NCBI GenBank assembly: GCA_963769975.1
Contig: CAVYNS010000003.1
Location: 32,551 to 96,550 of the forward strand
Origin: an uncultured Chloroflexia bacterium
GTDB taxonomy: Bacteria; Chloroflexota; Dehalococcoidia; GIF9; AB-539-J10
Direction of reading: 5' to 3'
DNA: 64,000 bases
In this document: piece after piece, positions 9,922 through 18,861 of the stretch
Position numbering within the stretch: the stretch's first letter is position 1
Layout: each line of letters starts with the position of its first letter
Made by a program: the position numbers and the translations under genes
The notes under the pieces: generated by a model
Told to the model about the DNA's origin: nothing
Databases searched by the model: none
The model's input: only the letters and a program-made list of their open reading frames with translations

Positions 9922-10440
9922 TTATATCTCCTTGAATTCTATTAAGCGCTGATATTCCATAACGGTGCTCATGGCATGATTGTCCACTTCAATGCCGGAT
10001 TCAACAGCAGCAGCTACGGGATTAAGCCCCCCTGTAAGTATCATCCCGACCTTATTTAGTTCCACGGGAACTGCACACAGAGGCTTGCTTACCTCGCCCA
10101 TCATAAGCAATCCATCCAGATTAGATGCTTTCAATCTGGCAATGACCTTTTCTGCTGTGGTTTGGCATATAGCGGGTATTTCTCGAAAATTGGCTAAAAT
10201 CCTTCCTTGCCCTTCTCTAGCTACCTGCCCGACGCTAGTCATCCTGCTCGTGATGTATATCTCTGAAGGGTCTAAGGATGAGCCCGAATACTGAATAAGC
10301 TCCACGAATCGCAAGGGCTTGTGGTTCTTGATTTGAAGGATGCCACCAAACTTGGAATCCATGGGGACACCAGCTTTAAGCAAGGCACCATTAATTAAGA
10401 CGCTGCAGATAGTAGCGAGACCTATTTTACCTTGGGGCAC
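9922..10440 (-). CDS. nrpR: NrpR-type regulator, C-terminal part of the DUF128 domain (3' fragment of a split gene)
   Basis: DUF128-like sequence (GGILQIKNHKPLRFVELIQYSGSSLDPSEIY...). It starts 2 nt after the stop of the HTH-containing ORF. Adding one G to the G6 tract at 10447-10452 fuses the two frames. Confidence 0.7.
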   Translation of the reverse strand: MPQGKIGLATICSVLINGALLKAGVPMDSKFGGILQIKNHKPLRFVELIQYSGSSLDPSEIYITSRMTSVGQVAREGQGRILANFREIPAICQTTAEKVIARLKASNLDGLLMMGEVSKPLCAVPVELNKVGMILTGGLNPVAAAVESGIEVDNHAMSTVMEYQRLIEFKEI

Positions 10441-10442
10441 AA

Positions 10443-10913
10443 TTATCCCCCCAATTTTTCACCCTGATGGGCTACAGCTACAAGGTCACTAACGCAAATC
10501 CCTGCTTGAAAAACTCCTTTCATGACTTCAATCGCCTTCTTAAATTGCCTATCGGGGAAAAAGGAGATATTAACGGGAACCCTGCCTTGATGCTTATCTA
10601 AATCGAAGTCTGTTTGGTAGGCCAGAAGTTCAATTTTAGAAGCCACAAAACCAACCTTGTCGCTGACTAAAGCACTTTCTAATTCCTCTCGACCTAGTTG
10701 GGTAATTAATCTTCCATCCCTTCCCACACTCTCTGTAAACCCACGTTCATCCATTAGCTTAAGGTGGTATCTGACAGCTCGTTCGCTTAACTCGATGCCA
10801 TCATCCTTGAGATTGTGAGAAATAACCCTGGCGCCAACAGGTTCACTGGATTGACTCAGGGTCCTGAGAATAGCGATTGTCTTTCTTTCTACGTCCTGTG
10901 TTTCGAAGCCCAT
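10443..10913 (-). CDS. nrpR: NrpR-type nitrogen repressor, winged-HTH plus N-terminal part of DUF128 (5' fragment of a split gene)
   Basis: ERKTIAILRTLSQSSEPVGARVISHNLKDDGIELSERAVRYHLKLMDERGFTESVGRDGRLIT matches the NrpR wHTH. The ATG at 10913 has a GGAGG RBS 7 nt upstream. The longer ORF reaching 11048 has no RBS. Confidence 0.75.
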   Translation of the reverse strand: MGFETQDVERKTIAILRTLSQSSEPVGARVISHNLKDDGIELSERAVRYHLKLMDERGFTESVGRDGRLITQLGREELESALVSDKVGFVASKIELLAYQTDFDLDKHQGRVPVNISFFPDRQFKKAIEVMKGVFQAGICVSDLVAVAHQGEKLGG

Positions 10914-10940
10914 GGTAAACCTCCGATATCCTGGGTAATA

Positions 10941-10954
10941 GGAAACCGTTTTCC
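10941..10954 (-). promoter_or_regulatory. Candidate NrpR operator (GGAA-N6-TTCC palindrome)
   Basis: GGAAACCGTTTTCC on the + strand, GGAAAACGGTTTCC on the - strand. It directly abuts the predicted -10 element and lies 28 nt upstream of the nrpR ATG. Confidence 0.55.
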
Positions 10955-10984
10955 ACAATACCAGAGTGAAGTCATGCTTGTCAA
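10955..10984 (-). promoter_or_regulatory. Sigma70-like promoter of the nrpR-hisF-gltB-like-fdx operon
   Basis: On the minus strand: TTGACA (10984-10979), 18-nt spacer, TATTGT (10960-10955). Confidence 0.4.
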
Positions 10985-11125
10985 GCCATGATAAGAGCTT
11001 GCTTAATTCGGTCGTTTGGTGTATCATAAGTCTTAGCCCAAAAGACAATCTCTTGAGTCTGCGTTTGAAGTGCGAGTTTAGCCATCGAGAATCGATTCAG
11101 AGAACCTACAGGAAATCTACATGAT

Positions 11126-11752
11126 ATGAGAGTAGGTGTTCTGGCTCTACAAGGAACCTTCATAGAGCATATTAGCAGTCTGCAACAATTGGGTGTAGAC
11201 GCACCTCCAATTCGCCTGCCCCATGAGCTCGATACACTGGACGGACTTATTATCCCAGGTGGGGAAAGCACTACTATGCTGAGGCTCATGGAGAGTTTTG
11301 GGTTGATTCAGCCTATAAGGGAGATAGCTCAGGATGGTTTACCTATTTGGGGAACCTGTGCCGGGATGATCTTGCTTGCCAGGAGTGTCTCTAATTATGA
11401 AATGGAGACTCTGGGCCTCATGGATGTGAAGATCAGGCGCAACGCCTTTGGCAGCCAAATTGATAGCTTTGAAGCAGATCTGGATGTACCGCTTGTGGGT
11501 GAGGAGCCATTCCATGCTATTTTCATTCGAGCCCCGGTCATCGAAGAGGCCAAGCCAAGTGTAAAAATCCTCTCTCGTCTTCCCGATGGCACCATCGTCG
11601 CCATCAGACAAAATCGGCTGCTGGCTTGTGCTTTCCACCCGGAGTTTACCGACGACTTGAGGTTCCATAACTATTTCTTGAATATGGTTAGCCAAAAACT
11701 GTCCCACAATCCTGAGGATGGGATCCTTCGAGGTAGCCGGCTTGGGTCTTGA
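11126..11752 (+). CDS. pdxT: Pyridoxal 5'-phosphate synthase glutaminase subunit PdxT
   Basis: MRVGVLALQGTFIEH, GLIIPGGESTTM, WGTCAGMILLA (catalytic Cys), FHPE. Confidence 0.9.
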   Translation: MRVGVLALQGTFIEHISSLQQLGVDAPPIRLPHELDTLDGLIIPGGESTTMLRLMESFGLIQPIREIAQDGLPIWGTCAGMILLARSVSNYEMETLGLMDVKIRRNAFGSQIDSFEADLDVPLVGEEPFHAIFIRAPVIEEAKPSVKILSRLPDGTIVAIRQNRLLACAFHPEFTDDLRFHNYFLNMVSQKLSHNPEDGILRGSRLGS

Positions 11753-11792
11753 AGGATGGTAGGCTCCTGGAAATTGTAGAAAGGTAGATCGC

Positions 11793-14654
11793 TTGTTCTG
11801 GATTGAGGTCTCAGTGAAGGCCGGTTTCCCTGATCCTGAGGGAGACAGGCTAGAGAAAGATATCCGTGACATTGGCATCACGGCTATAAAACAGGCTAGA
11901 GCCAGCGATGTATATCTTCTAGAGGGAGAGCTGGATGAGGTGGAGGTGGTAAAAATTGGTCAAGAATTACTGGCTGACCCTGTAGTTGAGGAGTTTTCTT
12001 GGGATGAGGGGCCCTTATCTCGTATTGAAGGTGGGGGTGCTCACATTATTGAGGTCGCTTACAATCCTGGCGTGACGGATCCCGTAGCGGGGAGTGTTAG
12101 CAAGGCAATCCGTGACCTCGGCATAGCTACGGTTACGTCTGTGAAAACCGCCCGCAAATATTCTTTACGAGGCAATATTTCGAAGGAAGCCCTTCAATCT
12201 ATCTGTGATAAGCTATTGGTTAATAGCCTGATCCAGCATGTGGTCACGAAGCGAGAGGTGGTTGCTCTCCCCTCCACAACTTACAAATTCGTCTTAACTA
12301 CTGTGGATTTGCTTAGCTTGGACGATGATGGTCTGATGGAGCTGAGCAAAGACAGGCTCTGGTTGAATCTAAGCGAGATGAGGCGCATCAGGGATTACTT
12401 CTCAAAGCTGGGCCGCAATCCCACCGATGTAGAGCTTGAAACCTTGGCACAAACTTGGTCCGAGCATTGCATCCATAAAACCTTTAGGAGCAGAATCAAG
12501 CTAGGGCAGCTTGTTGTCGACAACTTGCTTAAGAGCACTGTGATGAAGGTCACCGAGGAGTTAAAAAAGCCCTGGTGTCTTTCGGTTTTTCGAGACAATG
12601 CCGGCGTAATAGATTTCGATGGTTGCTACGCCATCTGTTTTAAGGTGGAAACTCATAATCACCCTTCGGCACTGGAGCCCTATGGAGGAGCAGCGACAGG
12701 GATAGGTGGTGTCATTCGCGACATCCTGGGGACGGGACTGGGGGCCAAGCCCATTCTGAACACCGATGTGTTCTGCTTTGCCCCTCCTGATTTTCCCTAT
12801 GATAAGCTCCCCCGCGGTGTATTGCATCCCCGCCGTATTTTCAAGGGTGTCCGCGCCGGCGTGGCTGACTACGGAAACCGACTCGGCATACCCACGCTAA
12901 ATGGTGCTATCCTCTTTGACGAGCGATACATAGGAAATCCCTTGGTTTTCTGTGGGACAGTGGGTCTGTTACCCGTGAGTATGAGCCAGAGGGGTCAGCA
13001 GCAGGCTGGAGACTTGGTGGTTTTGGTGGGAGGCAAGACTGGACGTGATGGCATCCATGGCGTTACATTTGCCTCGGGAGAACTTACCAAGGAGTCGGAA
13101 GCTATCTCGAGCAGTTCCGTTCAAATTGGCGACCCCATTACGGAGAAGAAGCTAATTGATGTCCTCCTCAAAGCACGGGACAGAGGACTATACCGGCGTA
13201 TTACCGATTGTGGAGGAGGTGGGCTTTCGTCAGCGGTGGGGGAGATGGCTGAGGAAACAGGCGTGCGGGTTTATCTGGAGCGAGTCCCTCTGAAGTATTT
13301 GGGGCTTTCTTATACAGAGATATGGATATCTGAATCTCAAGAACGGATGGTACTGGCTGTGCCACCAAACACAGTCGACCAATTGATTTCTCTTTTCCAG
13401 AGTGAGGATGTAGAAGCTACTGTCATTGGAGAGTTCACCAATACTCGACGACTTGAACTTTTCTATGAGGGCAATCTGGTTGGCAATCTCGATATGAAGT
13501 TCCTGCATAAAGGACTGCCTCAACTGGAGAAAGAGGCTGTCTGGGAATTGCCACAGCATGCTGAGCCGGATTTTCCACAGCCAACTGACCTGCGTGAAGA
13601 CCTGTTGCGTATTCTGTCCTCGTGGAATGTGTGCAGTAAGGAATGGGTGATACGCCAGTACGACCACGAGGTGCAGGGCGGTAGCGTTCTCAAACCCCTC
13701 ACAGGGGTAGACAACGACGGTCCCAGCGACGCCGCCATCATCAGACCGGTACTCGATTCAGATATGGGCATCATCGTTGCCAATGGCATCAATCCTAAGT
13801 ATGGGGACATCGACCCCTACTGGATGGCCGCCTCCGCTATAGATGAGGCATTGCGGCAGGTTGTGGCTGTTGGAGGCTGCCTTCGGAAGGTGGCGCTGCT
13901 GGATAATTTCTGTTGGGGCAATCCCGACAGGCTAGATAGACTGGGTGGCTTGGTGCGAGCGGCGCAAGCCTGTTACGATGTTGCTCTCGGCTACGAGACT
14001 CCCTTCATCTCTGGAAAGGATAGTCTTTATAATGAGTTTGAGACTGAAAAAGAGAGCGTCTGCATTCCACCCACGCTGCTCATCTCCGCTGTGGCGGTGA
14101 TGGATAATGTAGAGAGGGCAGTTACAATGGATTGCAAGAGGGAGAGCGACTTGGTCTACATCATTGGCACCACGCGGAATGAGCTTGGCGGGTCACAATA
14201 CTATGGCATTCATGGTTATATAGGAAACAGGGTGCCTCGGGTTGACCCTGAGAGAGGGAAGAGGCTCATGGACACCCTCAGCACCGCCACGGAGAAGGGC
14301 TTGGTCAAGGCTTGCCATGACCTGAGCGAAGGGGGCATTGGAGTAGCTGCCGCCGAGATGGCCCTCGCCGGAGATTTTGGGATGGTAATCCATTTAAGAG
14401 AGGTGCCGCTGGGTGAAGCCATGGACCGGGACGATTACGTGCTCTTCTCCGAATCGAATACCAGGTTCTTGATAGAGGTAGCCCCGGAGGATAGACGCCA
14501 GTTTGAAGATATGATGGCTGGGGTCGATTTCGCAGCCATTGGTCAGGTTACAAGAAAAGAAAAGCTCGAGGTTTATGGTCTTAATGAAGAAATGGTGCTT
14601 TCAGCTCCCGTTGCTGAACTCAAAGAGGCCTGGCAGAGACCTCTTCGCTGGTAG
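11793..14654 (+). CDS. purL: Phosphoribosylformylglycinamidine synthase PurL with two N-terminal PurS-like modules (PurS-PurS-PurL fusion)
   Basis: 953 aa. Two PurS-like segments sit at residues ~1-70 and ~85-155 (KAGFPDPEG..; NPGVTDPVAGSV..LLVNSLIQH). PurL core motifs follow (ETHNHPSALEPYGGAATGIGGVIRD, GRDGIHG). TTG start. Confidence 0.9.
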   Translation: MFWIEVSVKAGFPDPEGDRLEKDIRDIGITAIKQARASDVYLLEGELDEVEVVKIGQELLADPVVEEFSWDEGPLSRIEGGGAHIIEVAYNPGVTDPVAGSVSKAIRDLGIATVTSVKTARKYSLRGNISKEALQSICDKLLVNSLIQHVVTKREVVALPSTTYKFVLTTVDLLSLDDDGLMELSKDRLWLNLSEMRRIRDYFSKLGRNPTDVELETLAQTWSEHCIHKTFRSRIKLGQLVVDNLLKSTVMKVTEELKKPWCLSVFRDNAGVIDFDGCYAICFKVETHNHPSALEPYGGAATGIGGVIRDILGTGLGAKPILNTDVFCFAPPDFPYDKLPRGVLHPRRIFKGVRAGVADYGNRLGIPTLNGAILFDERYIGNPLVFCGTVGLLPVSMSQRGQQQAGDLVVLVGGKTGRDGIHGVTFASGELTKESEAISSSSVQIGDPITEKKLIDVLLKARDRGLYRRITDCGGGGLSSAVGEMAEETGVRVYLERVPLKYLGLSYTEIWISESQERMVLAVPPNTVDQLISLFQSEDVEATVIGEFTNTRRLELFYEGNLVGNLDMKFLHKGLPQLEKEAVWELPQHAEPDFPQPTDLREDLLRILSSWNVCSKEWVIRQYDHEVQGGSVLKPLTGVDNDGPSDAAIIRPVLDSDMGIIVANGINPKYGDIDPYWMAASAIDEALRQVVAVGGCLRKVALLDNFCWGNPDRLDRLGGLVRAAQACYDVALGYETPFISGKDSLYNEFETEKESVCIPPTLLISAVAVMDNVERAVTMDCKRESDLVYIIGTTRNELGGSQYYGIHGYIGNRVPRVDPERGKRLMDTLSTATEKGLVKACHDLSEGGIGVAAAEMALAGDFGMVIHLREVPLGEAMDRDDYVLFSESNTRFLIEVAPEDRRQFEDMMAGVDFAAIGQVTRKEKLEVYGLNEEMVLSAPVAELKEAWQRPLRW

Positions 14655-14662
14655 GACTTGAC

Positions 14663-15436
14663 ATGGTGACTAAGGTGAAGGCACTGATACTGCGAGCCCC
14701 GGGGACAAACTGCGACGTGGAATCTGCCTTTGCCTTCGAACGAGCCGGAGCGCGGGTGGACCTGATCCACGTTAATGAGCTTATCGGTCGACAGAAGCTT
14801 CTCTCCGATTACCAGATAATGGTTATCCCCGGCGGTTTTACTTATGGGGACGATATCTCGGCTGGGAGAATCATGGCCAACGAATTAAGGCTCAAGCTAG
14901 GGGACAAGATTCACAAGTTTGTTGACGATGGCAGGCTCATTCTGGGGATATGTAATGGTTTTCAGGTCTTGGTGAAAGCTGGCATGTTACCTGAGTCTAG
15001 GGGTGAAAACTCGCAATCGCTAACATTGGCTGGCAACGATTCCGGCAAATTTGAGTGTCGCTGGATCTACCTCCGCGCCAATAAAACTAGCCCCTGCATT
15101 TTTACACGGGGAATAGACCTTATGTATCTCCCTGTGGCCCACGGAGAGGGCAAGGTGGTAATTGAACCAGTGGCGCTAGAAGAACTAAATGTAGCACTTT
15201 ACTACGCTGACGAGACAGGAGACATTCGAGCCGGCTATCCTCACAATCCCAATGGTTCGGTGAACAACATAGCTGGTATCTGCGATGCTACTGGTCGTAT
15301 TTTTGCCCTGATGCCGCACCCGGAGCGATTCATCCGTTGGACGCAACATCCCAGGTGGACCACAGAGCCCCGGCAAGATTATGGAGATGGCTTCCGCATT
15401 TTTCTGAACGCTGTGGAGTGGGCCAAGAGCATTTGA
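14663..15436 (+). CDS. purQ: Phosphoribosylformylglycinamidine synthase glutaminase subunit PurQ
   Basis: Class I GATase motifs GGFTYGDD, GICNGFQVL (catalytic Cys), MPHPER. Confidence 0.9.
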   Translation: MVTKVKALILRAPGTNCDVESAFAFERAGARVDLIHVNELIGRQKLLSDYQIMVIPGGFTYGDDISAGRIMANELRLKLGDKIHKFVDDGRLILGICNGFQVLVKAGMLPESRGENSQSLTLAGNDSGKFECRWIYLRANKTSPCIFTRGIDLMYLPVAHGEGKVVIEPVALEELNVALYYADETGDIRAGYPHNPNGSVNNIAGICDATGRIFALMPHPERFIRWTQHPRWTTEPRQDYGDGFRIFLNAVEWAKSI

Positions 15437-15532
15437 ATAAAGGGGCGGTCTATCCTGTATTAGCCTCTGTAGACTACGGAAAATGCTTATTAATGTTTGC
15501 TATACTATTTATTATTGCCATAAGGAGGCAAA

Positions 15533-17269
15533 TTGCATAACATCAGGTTTGGGATAGCCCAGATTAATTCCACTGTTGGTGACCTCAGTGGTAATACCAG
15601 GAAAATAGTGGAATTCATTGACCGGGCAAAGTCGCTGAGAGTTGATCTGCTCACCTTTCCTGAATTGGCTATAACTGGCTACCCTCCAGAAGATTTGCTG
15701 CTTAAACCGCAATTCATTAAGCAAAATAAGGAAAGCCTTGACAAAATAATAGAGCACAGCTCAGGCATAGCAATAGTAATAGGCTTCGTCGACAGCGATG
15801 CCGATATATACAACGCTGCTGCGGTGCTCTACAACAAAAATCTGGTGGGCGTCTACCACAAATTCTATTTGCCGAACTATGGTGTATTCGATGAAAATAG
15901 GTATTTTCAGGCAGGGAAAGAATGTCCTGTTTTCACCATTTATGGCATCGGCATCGGCATAACCATCTGTGAAGACATTTGGTACGAAACCGGGCCGGCA
16001 ACAGTGCAAGCTTCTGCTGGGGCTAGATTGTTAGTTAATATAAGCGCTTCTCCATATCATGCTGGCAAGGGACTCTCTAGGGAGAGGATGCTTGCTACCA
16101 GAGCTGCCGACAACGTAGCTATTGTTGCTTACAATAATCTGGTCGGGGGGCAAGATGAGCTTGTATTCGACGGCAATAGCGTAATTTTCAACGAGAAAGG
16201 GGAGCCTGTTGCACGGGGCAGACAGTTTGAGGAAGATCTCGTAGTGGCCGATCTGGATATGGAATCGGTATTTCGTTCACAGTTGCACGACCCTCGCCGG
16301 AGGAAAGAGACACCATGGGTCAAAAAGGAATTGGAACGGATTACCAAGTTTGAAGTATCAAATGAAGGCCCCGAAGTGGCTAAGTCGCCTTTGCCACCAA
16401 GGCAGGTTGAAAGATTAAGCGAGATTGCTGAGATATACCAGGCACTTGTTCTTGGCGTCAGAGATTATGTGCGCAAGAATGGCTTTGAGAAGGTAGTCAT
16501 CGGTTTATCTGGTGGGGTTGATTCAAGTCTAGTGGCAACCATAGCAGCAGATGCCCTTGGTGCTGAGAATGTTATAGGCGTTTCCATGCCTTCTCGCTAT
16601 TCATCACTAGGCAGCAAATCAGACGCTGAAGCTTTAGCAAGAAATCTAGGCATAGAATTCAGGGTGATATCTATTGAGAGAGCATTTAGCTCTTATTTGG
16701 AAACACTGGCTGAACCTTTCAAGGATGCCCAACCTGATAGCACTGAGGAGAACGTTCAAGCGAGGATCAGGGGCAATCTCCTTTTTGCTTTGTCCAACAA
16801 GTTCGGCTGGCTGGTGCTTGCTTGCAGCAACAAAAGTGAGACAGCCATGGGCTATACTACGCTGTACGGTGATATGTCCGGAGGACTTATTCCCCTTAAA
16901 GACGTGCCTAAAACGATGGTTTATAAGTTGGCGCAGTATAGAAATCGCCAGGCTGGGAAAGGGGTGATACCACCTGCTATCTTGACCAAACCACCATCGG
17001 CTGAACTAAAACCCGACCAAAAAGATACCGATACCCTACCTCCATATGATATGCTGGATCCTATCCTCAAGGCCTATGTGGAGGATGACTTGGCGATTGA
17101 TCAAATTATAGCCATGGGTTTTGACCGCGAGACTGTCTTGAGAGTAGCCAAATTGGTGGACAGGAGTGAATATAAGCGCCGCCAAGCCGCTCCCGGTATC
17201 AAGATAACTCCCAGAGACTTCGGCCGGGATAGGAGATTGCCCATCACTAATCGATTCAGGGAAGAGTAG
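15533..17269 (+). CDS. nadE: Glutamine-dependent NAD+ synthetase (CN-hydrolase plus NAD synthetase domains)
   Basis: Nitrilase-like N-domain (FPELAITGYPPEDL, ICED) and PP-loop GLSGGVDSS. TTG start with an AAGGAGG RBS. Confidence 0.9.
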   Translation: MHNIRFGIAQINSTVGDLSGNTRKIVEFIDRAKSLRVDLLTFPELAITGYPPEDLLLKPQFIKQNKESLDKIIEHSSGIAIVIGFVDSDADIYNAAAVLYNKNLVGVYHKFYLPNYGVFDENRYFQAGKECPVFTIYGIGIGITICEDIWYETGPATVQASAGARLLVNISASPYHAGKGLSRERMLATRAADNVAIVAYNNLVGGQDELVFDGNSVIFNEKGEPVARGRQFEEDLVVADLDMESVFRSQLHDPRRRKETPWVKKELERITKFEVSNEGPEVAKSPLPPRQVERLSEIAEIYQALVLGVRDYVRKNGFEKVVIGLSGGVDSSLVATIAADALGAENVIGVSMPSRYSSLGSKSDAEALARNLGIEFRVISIERAFSSYLETLAEPFKDAQPDSTEENVQARIRGNLLFALSNKFGWLVLACSNKSETAMGYTTLYGDMSGGLIPLKDVPKTMVYKLAQYRNRQAGKGVIPPAILTKPPSAELKPDQKDTDTLPPYDMLDPILKAYVEDDLAIDQIIAMGFDRETVLRVAKLVDRSEYKRRQAAPGIKITPRDFGRDRRLPITNRFREE

Positions 17270-17319
17270 CGTGAGGAAATTGGCGCTAAAGTGAGATAAT
17301 TTGTCTAATACAAATAGAT

Positions 17320-17991
17320 TCACAACTCCTTGAATTTGTATCCTATGTTTCGTACAGTCTCAATGAAGGTATGAGTTGAGTCCTCAATCTTGCTTCTCAG
17401 TCTCCTGATATGCACGTCTACTGTTCTGTCACCGCCGTAGTAGTCCCAGCCCCAAACTTTGTCCAGGAGAACATCTCGGGTAAAAACCTTTCCTTTATTG
17501 TTTGCGAGAAATTTGAGTAACTGATACTCCTTGAAGGTCAGTATTATCGGCTTACCATCAAGCGATACTTCGCACTTATCTGAATCTATAACTAAGTCGC
17601 CACATCTAATTATATCTTCGCTATCTATACTCTCTTTTTCCCTCAGAATTCGCTTTATCCTGGCTATAACCTCGGTTGCCTCACAGGGTTTGACTACGAA
17701 ATCATCTATAGCGTTGCTGGAACCGAGGCCATTGAGTTTCTCTCTGGAGAGGAGAGCGATAATGGGTATCTGTCTTTCTTGCCTTGTCCTTTGAGCCAGT
17801 TCCCATACTCCTGAACCAATTGTCGCTTCATCCGTATCTAGCAACAGCAGCGCCGGGGATTGCCCAGCAATTTGTTTGATTGTTTCATTATTCTGAGGAA
17901 CAATTAGGCAATCAAGACCTCCCTGGGCGAGATCCACCCTCAGTTTCCTTATTGGCTCGCTGTCATTGGCTATAATGAACACTCTAGACAA
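17320..17991 (-). CDS. OmpR/PhoB-family response regulator with no adjacent kinase
   Basis: Receiver domain (LLLLDTD, FVVKP) plus a winged-helix output domain (LTFKEYQLLKFL, VDVHIRRLRSKI, TVRNIGYKF). The acidic pocket reads ANDSE rather than DD(E/D). Confidence 0.8.
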   Translation of the reverse strand: MSRVFIIANDSEPIRKLRVDLAQGGLDCLIVPQNNETIKQIAGQSPALLLLDTDEATIGSGVWELAQRTRQERQIPIIALLSREKLNGLGSSNAIDDFVVKPCEATEVIARIKRILREKESIDSEDIIRCGDLVIDSDKCEVSLDGKPIILTFKEYQLLKFLANNKGKVFTRDVLLDKVWGWDYYGGDRTVDVHIRRLRSKIEDSTHTFIETVRNIGYKFKEL

Positions 17992-18033
17992 AGCTGTACC
18001 CCTTTAGATCGTAACTGTCCACCTACTTTCCAT

Positions 18034-18096
18034 GTCGCCCTGAGCGAAGCAAAGGGGCTCAGAGATTCTTTGGTCGCTACGCTCCCTCAGAATGAC
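18034..18096. repeat. Short palindromic intergenic repeat (GTC[AG]..CTGAG family), two inverted units
   Basis: GTCGCCCTGAGCGAAGCAAAGGGGCTCAGAG faces the reverse complement of GTCATTCTGAGGGAGCGTAGCGACCAAAGAATCTC. Confidence 0.6.
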
Positions 18097-18113
18097 ATTA
18101 TATATTATGAGGT

Positions 18114-18860
18114 CTAATAAGCGTAGAGTCGGCCATAAGGGCGGAGGTAAAGGGGAAAAAGTTTAGTATATTTATATCTTAATAGCTCTTCGGCATCATA
18201 GTCAAAATGAGAAGCGAACTCACCTACGAGCTTCTTTAGAGTCAAGTAATCGTTTTCATTCAGTTCAGCGACACCTACCTCTTTGCCTAGCTGAAATTCC
18301 TGAATTTCCCCCCTCATATAGATAACGCCACCGTGCATGCCAGTGCCGATGAAATTCGCCTTATGGCGCTCTCCTTCTTTGAGGTTTAGCCCCAGGAGGA
18401 TTAGAACCCCACCTGCCATGTATTCGCCCAAAAAATCCTGCGCTGTGCCACCAATCACCACCGCTGGCTTTTTGTCTTGGTATTCTTTTATATGGATACC
18501 CGCCCGATAACCGACATCCTCTCTGACGAAGATCTTGCCTCCCCTGGCTGATAGTCCAAGGATATCGCCGGCATGGCCATGAATGATGATTTCTCCATTA
18601 TTCATAGTATTACCGCAGCCATCTTGAGCATTACCGTGGACAGTAATCCTGGGACCATCCATGAAAGCCCCTAAATCATTACCCGGGGTGCCGAATATTT
18701 CGATCTCCACTGGCTTGTCCAAATCTGTGCCGATGTATCTCTGTCCGTAGACATTTCGTAACTCGATCTTTTGAGTTCCGTTTGATACCACTTGCCTCAA
18801 TTTAGCATTGAGTTCTCGGTAAAAAATACCTTGGGCATCTATTGTTACAACTTCTTTCAT
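18114..18860 (-). CDS. Glutamate synthase alpha-subunit C-terminal (GXGXG) domain protein, archaeal-type GltB domain 3
   Basis: Repeated beta-helix GXGXG-type motifs: GTPGNDLGAFMDG, HGNAQDGCGNTMNNG, HGHAGDILG, ARGGKIFV. Confidence 0.85.
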   Translation of the reverse strand: MKEVVTIDAQGIFYRELNAKLRQVVSNGTQKIELRNVYGQRYIGTDLDKPVEIEIFGTPGNDLGAFMDGPRITVHGNAQDGCGNTMNNGEIIIHGHAGDILGLSARGGKIFVREDVGYRAGIHIKEYQDKKPAVVIGGTAQDFLGEYMAGGVLILLGLNLKEGERHKANFIGTGMHGGVIYMRGEIQEFQLGKEVGVAELNENDYLTLKKLVGEFASHFDYDAEELLRYKYTKLFPLYLRPYGRLYAY

Positions 18861-18861
18861 C

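Noticed and set aside
10914-11048. N-terminal extension of the NrpR ORF (start at 11048)
   Set aside because: The extension would cover the predicted promoter and operator and has no RBS. The ATG at 10913 has GGAGG 7 nt upstream and gives a typical NrpR N-terminus.
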